A model generated the notes under the pieces. It made no database searches, had not been told where the DNA came from, and worked only from the letters and a program-made list of their open reading frames with translations. A stretch of DNA of 60,000 bases from Botryllus schlosseri (Eukaryota), in assembly GCA_051294905.1 (NCBI GenBank), contig CM119372.1:23438001-23498000 (forward strand), given 5' to 3'. This document shows positions 23,436 to 38,175 of the stretch, one piece after another. How positions within the stretch are numbered: position 1 is the stretch's first letter; the number at the start of each line of letters is the position of its first letter. The position numbers and the translations under genes were made by a program.

Positions 23436-26045
23436 TGTATGCTGTATACCATGGAACATGTATACTCATTACCATATCAATTTGTTTCAACTTCTTGAGG
23501 CTTCGTATTCCATGCTCTATTTTGGCTGATAATAACAGACCGTAGCACGTAGCTATACAGTTAATCACGCATTTCTACATGTTCGTGAGCGATGGAAGGC
23601 CTTTTTTCATGTATATTTGACTTTATATTCGTTAGTTGGTTCAAGATAAATCTGTCTTTCACACAGCTATCAAAATGTAATGAATTTTGATCATCACTCA
23701 TACTTTGAAAATTCGATGTGACTTGAATTGTGACATGATTCGTGACTTGACTCGAGTCACCTCCAAAAACGAGTGACTTTACTTTACTCGAGTCACCTTC
23801 GAAAATAGATCGACTTGACTTGACTCGAGTCAAAATTTGCAATAACTCGTGACTCGAAGGTATAGTGACTTGATCCCAACACTGACTTTTATACAGAAAA
23901 TGTGGCGTACACTATGAATCCCATGTAGTGAACTTTAATGTTGTGTCACGATGACATCACAAATCTTCAAATCTGACGTAACAGTATATTGATATTGTTG
24001 TTGCGGCTCTTCGAGAATTATTATTGAATTACGACCAGAAACTCTCCCGACCCCTGACGTAGACTATGAGTTCAACGGAAACAGCCAATTGCGATGAGGT
24101 ATAACATTAACACCATTTGTAATTTATCAATCATTTCATTTCGTGATTGGCGTAAGTCTTACAAAACATATTACAACGTTTCAAGTAATCGGCATGCGAA
24201 ACTATTACGATTTTCACTGTCTTATCTTAATTCCAACAAAATAAACATGGAACAGACTGCGTGCTTGTAATCACGACCATAATTTTGTGAAGACTCTTTT
24301 GTCCTTCGTCGATAATAAGATAACATATATCGTCATTCGCAATTTTCCGTCAGTTGGAAACATCATCACGCGATGATATATACATCGTCTAACCTTTGCC
24401 ATTCTATGAGTGAAGAATGTGAAGTCTATTATTTTGTGACAATCAAACACCGAAATCATGATCAATTTTACAAGGTGATTTATACATTTGATTCGTATAT
24501 CTTCTACTGATCTCGCCTTAACAGGTTTCGTTGAACAAAAGAGAAACAATGATATAGGTCTACTATACCAGATTCCGATGGCTATATAAATCCGAACATT
24601 GGCCTATAGCTTAGAACATATTGTACATTGTACAAATTGCACTATATATGATAATAACGTTCCTATTCTAATAGTTACCCCACTAATTTTAGTGATTTCA
24701 AACCAGGAATTATTGGAATGGTGTGATGTTCAAAATAATAATATTATATCTGTAGGAATGTATTTTGCCAAGCAGTGGCGTATCCAACGTAGGCCTGTAG
24801 TTGTAGCAATAGGCAACATATGACATCACCATTATGCCTTCTCAAATTATCTAACATCTGACCATACAATTGCGCTGAGGAAAGTGGAAATGAACTGACA
24901 TAGACCTCGATATGTTCCCTGGTTAAAACCAGGGATTTACGTCAATACATATTTCTGCTCACAATGTATAAATATAAGAATGATTTGGAATGAGAATAAC
25001 GAAGATGTCAGTTATTGCGCGCAGATCCTGCCGCCTTTCGTATAATGTCTCTTCATTGATACGGGTGTCCCACACACGATACCCAGTACCATGCTCAATC
25101 CGGTGCGAGACATCCATGACACGATGTTTCTTTCCCGAATAACCAGAAATATCCGTTTCTAGTGCCGAATGAATTTTAAGAAACTTGATTTTGATGTGGA
25201 TCTTCGTTTTCTTTGCATCATTGTCCAAAACCCATACCTTTCTTCTGCTAGCATGTGCCGTGTCGATTGTAAGCTGAAGTCTTTTGTGTTAATGATGCTT
25301 CTGCGACGTCTGCCTGATTTTTTTGGAATCATCTTTTTCCTCATCGGCACGGTGTAGCTGTTTGCCTGAATGAAACAACATGGTTTGACAAACGTGTTAC
25401 CGGTCTTACACTGACGACTTCGAGGCTCTCACCATTATGATCGTGTACCGTAACGGAATTACGTTCTAAGCCTAGATATAATTGATAAACGCTAAGCAAA
25501 ACCGAGTGATTTCACTTTACCTAATTATGGAAAAGTAAAATCTGTAATACCATCACGCATGAGATATGATCAGTGTATTAGAATAGTCTTGATACGACAA
25601 ATTTAGATAGAGCCATGCGATGCTGATGCTCAAGTCGTGACGGCAGTTTGTCAAATGTGCATTTATGTCGACCAATCAATCATATATCCACGTATGCGAT
25701 AGTTCGGTGCTTGTTTATTGGTTTGAGTAACGGAAATGTAATGTGCGCCGAGACCGGATATCTAAAACTCCCTGGCCGAGACACGTCGACCAATACAAGT
25801 GCACAAATATATACAGTTGTTTCTATTTTGCTCAAAAATAATATAGTGCGCCTGGAAATCATTGTTCGGACGCGCTTTTTCTTCCTTATATATTAAATGC
25901 ATTATTGAATCGAATCCTCTCTCCGTAAATATATAATATATATATGCTCGAAATTGGAGTATTAGTGAGACTCCCATAGGAGGACCTAGCTATATGGCCT
26001 GTACAAGTGTACATAAGGCAAAAAATCATTTACAATGAGTTGAGA

Positions 26046-28233
<2,188 letters not shown>

Positions 28234-28431
28234 GTCGGTCACAAGACGTCGTTAAATCATGCACGAAGAATATAAAAATTTGCGTTGCAGCTATGAGATT
28301 AACTGAAAATAATTAATTTTAAAGCACGATTTTAGTCATTGTTGATAAGATCGCGTGTAGCTCTCCTCGTTTCACATTTATCTGCTTCTTTGAAATTCGT
28401 TTACCAGGAAATTCATACCATACGAGTAGTC

Positions 28432-28466
28432 CAGGGATATCTAGAAACCAGTTCTAGATATCCCTG
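28432..28466. mobile_element. 35-bp palindromic micro-element with perfect 8-bp TSD
   Basis: GAGTAGTC-[CAGGGATATCTAGAA accag TTCTAGATATCCCTG]-GAGTAGTC. Confidence 0.8.
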
Positions 28467-31400
28467 GAGTAGTCACCAAAATTTCACCCACATTTCTGTA
28501 TTGATCGTGAGGATATGGGCAAACGAAGATATGAAAGTCCCAAGCCGTTTTGAAGACTTGGAATGTTTGAATTAGGCTACTTATTGATTGATGAACTGAG
28601 AGTATAGTAGTTGAATAAGGGCATCAGACATACCAATTATTTTTATGAAGAATGTTGTCCACCGCCGCAAACGTGAACGTTTCAAGTGCATTTCATAAGG
28701 CTATAACTTCGTGTAATCGACAATATAAATATGGAACTGCTCCGTAAGTTTGCGGTTTCGCGGTCGCAACGAAGGTTCGTTGACGGCATTTGATTACCTA
28801 TTAACTCGGTAGTGATTACAGCTCAGTCGGAAGATTAAATCAGCAAATTTTCTTCAATTACATGTAAATCACAATTAACCGTAGATGCTGTTGACCTTAC
28901 AAACTCGATTCAAAATAGTATGAAAACGTAACCTAAATATACAAATACGCTGGATATGTCGCGACGAGAAAAGTTAGGGTATTTGAGATACGCATTTGCT
29001 GAATGATATCATTACTCATACATTCATTCTTGTATCTAGATTCTAGATACCAACAGATCAACGTTATCACTCGGAATGATCAGGCTATTAACGGAACCTT
29101 ATGACAGTGTCCATGTCAATATCTCGATGGCATAAATTCGAGTACCGAATCCGAATTGAGTACAATTTGTAATGATTCGAGACAAGTAGGGCAATGCTGT
29201 AAATATCATTGAGTAGGGGAATACGATCTTCTCGAGTACTGAATGTATAAGACCCCATCCACTAAGATCTATCAACGGCAATTATAGTTTCGATACTTTC
29301 CTACCGCAGTGGGACCTTTGAAACCTAGATTACTAGTATCACAGCATCTAAAGTATAGCAAACAGCTTTACACGTAAGTGGAAACGAAATTATGTGGAGT
29401 CGCGATCAACGCGTAGCATTCTCACTAAGTGCATGTGCATTGAGCAATGAAATACGTCCGATTGAAAAAATACCAGATTATGTTTAATACTCGATTCGCA
29501 TTCGATTCACTGAGGTTCTCGATTTGCCTAGTCTTACATAATAACAGCGTACAGCAGGCTCTGAGAAAATATTGTAATGTTTAACCAGTTTAAAACTGTA
29601 TGTACCCTACTTAATGCAACCATAAAACACTTTGCAACACAAAGTAATCGCAATCATGGCGGACCCTGTGGATATTTGTCTTCATGCACGGCGGCACGAA
29701 GTTTATAACCGAAGACAAAGATAACTATATCATGGAATTCATTACTTTTGGGCGTTACCAGCATCATGTATTTACTAGAAACCTATTGCGGTTCCATTAA
29801 ATATGACGAAATAGTTTTGTATGTGGACCAAGACCTGTGAAATACGGCACAGTTTCGTACAACCGTGAGATTTGCGGTCGGGTTAATCGTGAACTCATGT
29901 TGCATGATCCCAGGATCAATTAGGAATCGAGAGAAACAATTATTTTGTGGTCCCAATAGGATTTTAGCGAAACAATTTTTTGTCATAATGTTTCATGTTA
30001 CAATATTATTGCCTGACACTCCTCGTGTATAGGCGAGGCCTGACCTTTCATCACCATACTCGTATGTTTTTATTACTAAGCTATTCCATCGTAACTTTTG
30101 TAACAGCCCGACGTACATATACGTAACTATCGAACGTCGATCGTATTCTATTCGATAACTCATCGTAAAAGAGCGAGGTAATTGGTCATATTTATGCACA
30201 TCCTCGTGACGTAATCTGAAATCAGAATGAAATGATAACATTATAATTTATTTTTTACATGACTTAATTTCAATCTGGCGATCAAATATGTGCAGGTGAA
30301 TTACCACACTCAACGGTATTGCTGACGATTAGATCAAATAGTGAGTTCGCATTGTTCATTATATGATACAACAATCATTATTAACCTTAGAACGTACAAT
30401 ACTATACCGAATAACGAAGTGAATTTAACTCACAGTAAACATGGACCCATCCATCCATGGATACCCATGTCTCGTACACATGCCATAAATAAAATATTCC
30501 AGTCAACTCTGAATTATTATTACTCTGAATTATTATTATGAGTGGCGCCTGTGACCATTTCCGGTCTTCTGCGCCACGGATAATAATGTATTTTTTAATA
30601 TTTGCTTTCTATGTTAGGGCCATTGAGGATAAACAAGTGAAGGCTAAATATATAAGCCAGGTCCAAATAAAATTTAATGCATATGCTTTTGAAACCATAT
30701 AATCATAAATTATCATATTTATATTTGCAAAACATATGTCTCACATTCACTAACTCAGGTGGAAACAATCTACTATTGGGGACGGCATGAGAATGTACGC
30801 ATTGGAACGATATCGATTGAACTCCCATGTGAACGTTTGTTTGAACTATTTATCAAGAAGTTTTAACTGTAATTTATTATCACTAACGATAAAAACTGAA
30901 CTGGTAATAAGCCTAGTTGATATATTATTATTATCGATTATCCTAGACAATTCGTAATAAGCTGATACGACCTAGCAACTTTATTACCTTGTTTGCGATA
31001 TTCTATACGCCATGAATGTAAGGATGTGTTACGTTGATGTGAAATATAAGTCATATATATATATATATATTAGTGGATAGTTTTGAACACAGGGATATAT
31101 GTCTCGCGATCTCGACATACTATCGCTATACAAACCGCATTGCAGCACTTAAAGTGCAAAGTCAGCAAATGTAATATATGATCGATTGCTATTGGCGATC
31201 TTTGAATATAAAATAGAACGACATTGCTTGCGGTACTACAATTCCCTCTCACGTGGACAGGACAACGTATATATTCTGATCCTATTGAAAACTGTCTGAT
31301 TTTTATATAAAATTTGCCATGACCCAAGCCTCCCTCTAGCACGGATCTATCATTGACAAATGAGAAAGTTTCGATCGATTTGTAATCTTAACCGAGCGCC

Positions 31401-34400
31401 CACACAAAAACTTTTTCTCGAGGCGATAATTCAAAATGATCGGATGTACTCCCGTTCGCGACGCACGCGATCTGACAAAAATCCTTCACGCCCGACAAAT
31501 TCGAAATTTCTTCCTTCCGCACTACGTCTGACCTTGATGAAAGACACAGGTGCTTCAAAATTGAAGACGTATTTAAAGATTATAAAATTTGTATCGAGCG
31601 ATCTATACGTGAACTTAATCGGTTCCAAACTATAGATTTCGAACAGCCTTGCCTTGATCATGTGCGAGAACTTTGCACGTCTGTGTCTTGCGTTCAGATC
31701 AAATGGTGCAATCAGTGTTTTCATTCGAGCGATATATAAGCTGTTAATTTAACCAGACTTTACAGTATCATTTTTATACATGCATTCTTGTCAAGATATG
31801 AAGAGTGTGTTTGCCGCTTACAATTCCTATAGTCAATGGAAGTTCTCTCTGGTTCATCTAGTGGCAGAAGCACTATTGACGATATTTTGAAAATGTTGCT
31901 AATACATTTCATCGAAATCCACTTGTTACATTCGGCTACAGAGAATTACGCACAGCATGTTGTAGAAATGCTGCAATCAACATGCGATTGAATCGATTTT
32001 CCAATTCCTCTTTGCTGTTGAGAAAGTGCCTGGCCTCAGTAATAAGCGATGATGCTGCAATGTAATTATTCATCTCAAAAGAAATTATTTCGGTACTTGA
32101 AGCAATATAAAATTGAGAACGCCATTACTCTCATGATAGCCCCACTCGACTAGGATTAGATTACTGTCATCGTCGCACCAACTACACCGCATTTGCAGCT
32201 GCGTACAAATTAGACTACGCTTTAAAAGCATAAATATAAGTATACTGTATTCCCAATGACATAACATAAGCCCTGGCAACGGGTATTCGCATTGTACGAC
32301 GTAATATTCGAATAACAATCCGGCAATTCCAAGACGTCTATGCCGTGCCCAACCCTATCGAAGATTGCAAGATGTTCATTGTTCACTGACACCTGTATAA
32401 TTTTATGTATATTCAGGATTTATATCATACATGGTTTCCGCGCCGGTTGTGGTCAAGGATATTAATCTGACAGTGAGAAGAGTGAGATAACGATCCCACG
32501 CGATCTTAACCCGATCAATAATTCGTCAATTCGTTCTAAACGCAAAGTCAAAGCAATTTATACGCTGGAGTCCGTCGCAGCCTTGCACGATGCGAGTATA
32601 AAATCTTTCCGCTCAATTTTACGATGTAGCGTCTGAACTGACCTATTCTACGTATCCATATTTTCTAAAGGAACAGAAGATGACAATAACTATTGTTTTT
32701 TTTGTCATTTTGTACTGCGGAGCGCTTCCATTTTCTGGTTACTGAAACCAACTGAAAAGTGAATTTGCCTAATGAATGAAATGGTATTACATGAGGTTTC
32801 TGGAAAGGAATATTTTGATTACAAAGCTTATAGTTAAAAGACTTACGAATTCGCGGATATAATGAACAATAAAATCTTGCTGCCGCGCCCATTAATATAT
32901 ACGGTGTGCCAGAAATTCACTGCCTGCAATAACTTAATTGGATACGATAGAGATTGGAACTTGATGAAAGGAAGTTAACGGATTTTTTTAAATATCAATG
33001 CCGATTCTCTTAACCATAATGTCCTCGCATTCGGAAATTGAGCGTCCATGCGGATTGTAATTTAATGATGAAATGCTTTATGAAATTTAGTATTAGGTGT
33101 GGCATCGGCCTACGGTTTTTGCCACGCTGCGAAGGTGCAACCGTCCATTCGATATTGGCAGGCTCGCAATATTTTCAGGTGCGCTGCGATACCGCGAAGT
33201 CCGAAACTTTATCACGATATCAATCCTGCGCCACTGTTTTGCGAGATTTTACATGTCACGACATACAAAATACTTTCCCACTTTAACCCACTTATAGGAA
33301 TCTTGGAGCCGTAAGACTTTCACATCCATTCGAGAAGGCAATTAGAAATGTGGAAATACGTGTCCGCGGTGTCATTCCTAAGCGCTGATCTTGGAAAAAT
33401 ATTTGACAAGTGCGTAATGAGTTAATCCTTACCTTCTAGTGAAGCCTGGCGATGGATTGAAACCGCGGCGACTCATTCATAACAACAGACCTCTACCACC
33501 CTGAAACTGAAAAGCTCTTGAAGACTTACACGGCCTAAAATAGGGAAAAGTGACCGCTCTCCTGCCATCAATCAATTTTGCACTTCGATTATCCGCGTAA
33601 AATGTCAACAATTTATAACCTAATTATTTCATGCGCAACTTTCATCCTATCGAACTGCGTCTTCGCGATTGCCAAATGATTGGAGATCACTCGGTCCGAG
33701 CCAAACAATCCATTTCCCCATCAAATTGCTGGCTATTTGATGGAATAATTACAGGCTACCGTTCCGCAACCGATCTGGTGATCTCAACCACGTGATAATG
33801 GATACTTAAGTAGCAGGATAAGGAACCTCGTAATCCGTAAAGTGCGCGAAAACGCCAAGTGCCGTCAAGTGTTGTTGGTTATAATTAGTTTATATATTAG
33901 CAATTAGTACATTCCGACAAATTCTTCCAAATATTTATTAACTTTCTACCCTATACCACAAAGAGAAGTGCAATGTAGATACTTCAGACTTTCGCGTTTA
34001 CGGAATCTGATGTAAATGAACGTTCGTATTTTTTTCTCAAATTGAAGTTTTTGATTCGTCATTATTTGGACGCGGAAATCCATTAAAAAAAAATGAAGTA
34101 TATCTGTAAAGAAGGCGTCACATCGTAATTCTTTTATGGCAATTTGCACACCAATATACTATAGACCAGTGGTTTTCAATCTGTGGGATGGTAGTTCTTG
34201 TGCGGATAAGAATTAATTTGCAGTGCGGATGACAAACGTGGTTCGGATAAGTGCGGATGAAAATTGTGCATGTTTTTATTTTTCTGACGTGGAAATTTTA
34301 AATAAATTAATTGGTCACTAAGAATAGTGACTCCCTAACTTTTTTTGTTGCGACGCGTTCGTGACAAGTTGCTTTAGGCCTACTTACGTTACGACGCACC

Positions 34401-36134
34401 GGTAATCGTAGCTGTTGCAATAACTTTGTCTCTAATCAGCCAGAGTGAAATAATATTTACGTAATGTCGCTTACTTTCATGTTATCTTTTTTTTTCCTAG
34501 TGTGCATGCCTCTTATTCACGTAATCAGAAGTCTGGTTCCAAAACAGACCACTAAAAGTTCTTGTACAAAACACCACAACTTATTTGAGGAAGTGGGCTT
34601 TCGTGGACAGTAGGTGGAAGTAGGTGGAAACGAGGAAACGGAGTGGTCTTCTTGAAAAGACACTTGATGCCCTAATACGGGTATAGCTTTGGAGCAAGGA
34701 GTTGTGCCTAACTGGTCTGAAATTGCCAGAACGATTCAGCAGCAACTGAATCATTGATAAACCGGTATAGCCCACTTGGTGGACATTTTCATTTTAATAA
34801 ATGCTCTCCGTATGTCTGTTTACAGTTAATCGGATTCATTCATCTCCTTGAAGGACCTTTGACTGGCGATATTCTTCTCAATCAACATCTGCCGCCAGCG
34901 ATTGGATTTATGGGTTCGGGCCCGATATTTCGGATCTTGTATGTTGCTGTTTTGGTATGCATGGTGATTCAACTATTATATGGGCATGACACCAGGCCGA
35001 TATTCCATATTATGATTCCTGATCCGTCGAATTGTAGCATGGCCCATCAGTTCTGATCTACGCTAATTGAAAGACACCGCTTACGCGGATCACATATAGC
35101 CTATGGTTTAATGGCCATGACCACTTTGACCAGTGACCACCGACTAATCTGTACTATAGAATCTGTACTATAATTTCGTGTTAATACGGTCGGAAATCAG
35201 GCAGTAATATCAACCCAATGTAGTTAACGTAAGGTATACAGTGCACACTTGTATAGCCTATAGCACTCGCACCACGCGTACACGAACACATCCGGACTCC
35301 ACCTCTGACCTGAGATCGACAGCATAGTCCAATTTAATATCAATATAAATTGACGAACAATTTTTGTTAATGTTTTATAATCATATCCGCGGTCAGATAG
35401 TATTAGAAAGTAATTTCTTCTGATACTCACTTGTACTGTAGGCCCTATAGCATGCTTTCCGCCCAGACTACATGGAATTCACTACAGTTCCAGAATAAAA
35501 ACAAGTCACCTTATATATATATTCATTTTACAAGGATGGTTATCATCTTGAAGCGGTGACTAACAGGACCAGGTCTGTTTTGCGCATGAGTAATTTGATC
35601 GATGATCGATGTGGGGAGCCGCATAACTTTCATTGGCAATGGGAATGAAGGCATTGTCGTGGACTGTATGATCCATTCGCAGAGCACAGCAAATTAAAAA
35701 CCGCGAATTCCGAGAACGCAAATGGAATCTACTGTGGTTAGCCGCCGAATTTTCAATAAAACGATCACTCACACATATTTGATTTAATTTCCCGATGAAG
35801 TGGTATAATTTGAAAGATCGATTATCGCCATAAGCTACAGAGTCACTAATGCTCCGCACCGCACCATTCCTAAAAGCGTCGTTAAGGAGCAGTTAGAATG
35901 GTACAAGTTGTTACTTACAATTGAACATCTTATTCGCAGTACCCAAACGTTTCCAGCTAATGTCAAAGAAATCGAGATGCGAATTTGACTAATTACTCAA
36001 TAAATGCCGCTATTAATTTGAGATTGTTTTTAACCTATGTGAGACATTGACTTGCGTTCGCCATCACAACATAGCATAAATATAATATGATTGTGTGACA
36101 GGAATATTTTCAGTAAATGGAAGGTATAGTAGGT

Positions 36135-37660
36135 ATGGTGTTAACATCTGAAACGCTCAGGTTTGTGTGAACGCAAACGTGAACCTCATAACGTCATGTG
36201 ACGTCATTTTGCTAATTCTAACCCTACATTCCAGTGACGTGATAGCGTATACTAACGTAAACGATACCTAGCGACGACTCGGATCACATAATGCCACAAA
36301 GCTGAAGTACATATTGACGTTTTAAACGTTGCCAAATGTATGAACTGGCGCAATTAAAGGATATAATAATCTAGGGTTGCCATACGTCCGGAATTTCCCG
36401 GACATGTCCGGAATTTCACTGAAAAATCTGCGTCAAGGAGGAATTTTTAAAATATGCCTAAATGTCCGGAATTTTGAAGGCTTGAAGCAGGCTGAAAAGT
36501 TTTTCATAAATCAACATAAACAATACAATTTTCAAGCAGATTTATGCTATTCAAAATTCTCCTTCGCGCCGCGCGCGAGTTAATCCAGCGTATAATGATA
36601 TCAGTATGGGCACCAGGCACCACCCTCGGCGAAAAATGCTATCAAAATAAATATAAATAACCATCATTTACTGAAATAAGTTTGATTTTAATTGCAATTA
36701 TAAGCAAACGGTGTATTCCTAGAGTTGGTTAAGGCCGATTGGATGCTTCAGTCACAGACAGTGGTTCCAAATCTTGGGGTCGTTCGCCTATATCTGGGGA
36801 TCGCGATGATGTTGGACGTAATCAGCTTCCCAGGCTGCGAGTAAGTTTGGGCAAGCTGATTTTTTTAGTAATCAGCTTATCAAGTTTTGAGCTTTGCCAA
36901 GGAACATTTTCAAGTTGGAAATGAGGTCGCGACCATAAATAGTTGGAAATCACCGGCGAAACCTGCTGGTGCATTTATAGTAGCCCTAATACATGGAAGA
37001 ATCAATATTATTGACAGAATTCATATATAAAATTTAACAACCAAATGCATATACTAAGTGCCTAACAAATTACATCGACTACCCTATGGTGGGCCCTAGA
37101 TCGGTACTTTTTTGGGCGGATGGGACATAAAATGTTGTTTAGGACCTGATTAAACACATAACCAGATAGCCACACCGACCAAACAGTATAGACGGCTGTC
37201 AAACACAATCCCGACAGGCCAGACACAACCCACCAGACGATTTCATCCGGCCCGTGAAGAAAGCTATTGCAGACCCTAGCAAGTAGCAATCACCAGAGAT
37301 CACATTACAGATGGCCCAATTCATTACCTATGTTACACTCCATTCTTGTGTATTATACAGTCGATGGGCATTGGGCAATGCTTGGCTAGTGTGACGTCAT
37401 ATTGACGGATAATGTGCTACACCTCATTTAAAAATCCGCTAGTGGGCGCTAAACAGCGTCCGGAATTTGCTTCACAAAAATATGGTAACCCTATAATAAT
37501 CCCCTAAAATCGCTATCTTCCGTCAATTCCGACGAGTAGGCCTACTTGCAAGGGAGGGAATATAAGCTTACGCCGTAACGGTCTATAGGCCAGAACGGAC
37601 AATGTATTCGGCGTCTAGATATTGCTACGTTGATATTGAGCAGAGTGTAAAACGGGTTTC
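36135..37660. mobile_element. Family F MITE remnant interrupted by a family E element
   Basis: Reverse-complement similarity to 46655-47085 on both sides of the insertion at 36372-37493. Confidence 0.7.
36372..37493. mobile_element. hAT-Blackjack-like MITE, family E
   Basis: TIR TAGGGTTGCCATA...TATGGTAACCCTA, perfect TSD TAATAATC, TCCGGAATTT subterminal repeats. Confidence 0.9.
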
Positions 37661-38069
37661 CATATTTGCTACCGATATCACCCCCAAGTTATACAGCAGT
37701 AGCCAACACCCCAATCGCACGGATTTGGTTCATTCTGTGCACCAGTAATCCTTTGCAATGTATTAGATGTGTAGTTGCTAGTTGGATGTGTATTGTGATC
37801 GATTTTTGTATTTATGACCCAGCCAAAAGTTGGACTTCCGCGAAGCCTTGAAGATTAACGTAAGGGTTACGAGGGTTAGCAAAGTTTAAGAACCACTGGT
37901 CCAATCACGTCAATAGTCTATTGCTCTAATCCGTCGATGTGCCATGGAATATTCTACTCTATAGGCACTACAACCATGTATCTATAAGTGCAAATTGATC
38001 AAGTTAGTGTACTGTACAATTTGCGTTTCTTCTGCAACATTTTGCGATTTAATAACCGTAGAACAAATA

Positions 38070-38175
38070 TTCCTATCCAGTGGGTTAAACAGTGCAGTCA
38101 CGAAACCAATGAAAGTGGGTTCGAATCCCGGTTTAGACCATATTCTCCGTGTCGGAGGTTTCTCTGGGATCCTCA
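38070..38175 (+). mobile_element. tRNA-derived SINE head (decayed)
   Basis: A-box-like CAGTGGGTTAAA and B-box GGTTCGAATCCC, no complete cloverleaf. A similar head lies at ~53780-53850. Confidence 0.45.

Larger units (their letters stand above)
19725..23884. mobile_element. Family B MITE, second unit of the dimer, expanded by nested insertions
   Basis: CAGTGTTGGCATG start, GATCCCAACACTG end. B sequence resumes after each insertion. Confidence 0.85.

Noticed and set aside
15418..23884. Repeated GACTTGACTCGAGTC motifs resembling a CRISPR-like array
   Set aside because: Irregular spacing, no unique constant-length spacers, eukaryotic context. These are MITE subterminal repeats.
31360..31724. 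Overlapping 91-aa and 97-aa ORFs on opposite strands
   Set aside because: No homology recognised and no supporting splice structure.
34754..35060. Possible decayed transposase-like coding remnant
   Set aside because: Multiple stops and only vague resemblance. Needs tBLASTx.
38070..38150. Possible tRNA gene
   Set aside because: A B-box is present but I could not build acceptor or anticodon stems, so it is treated as a SINE head.
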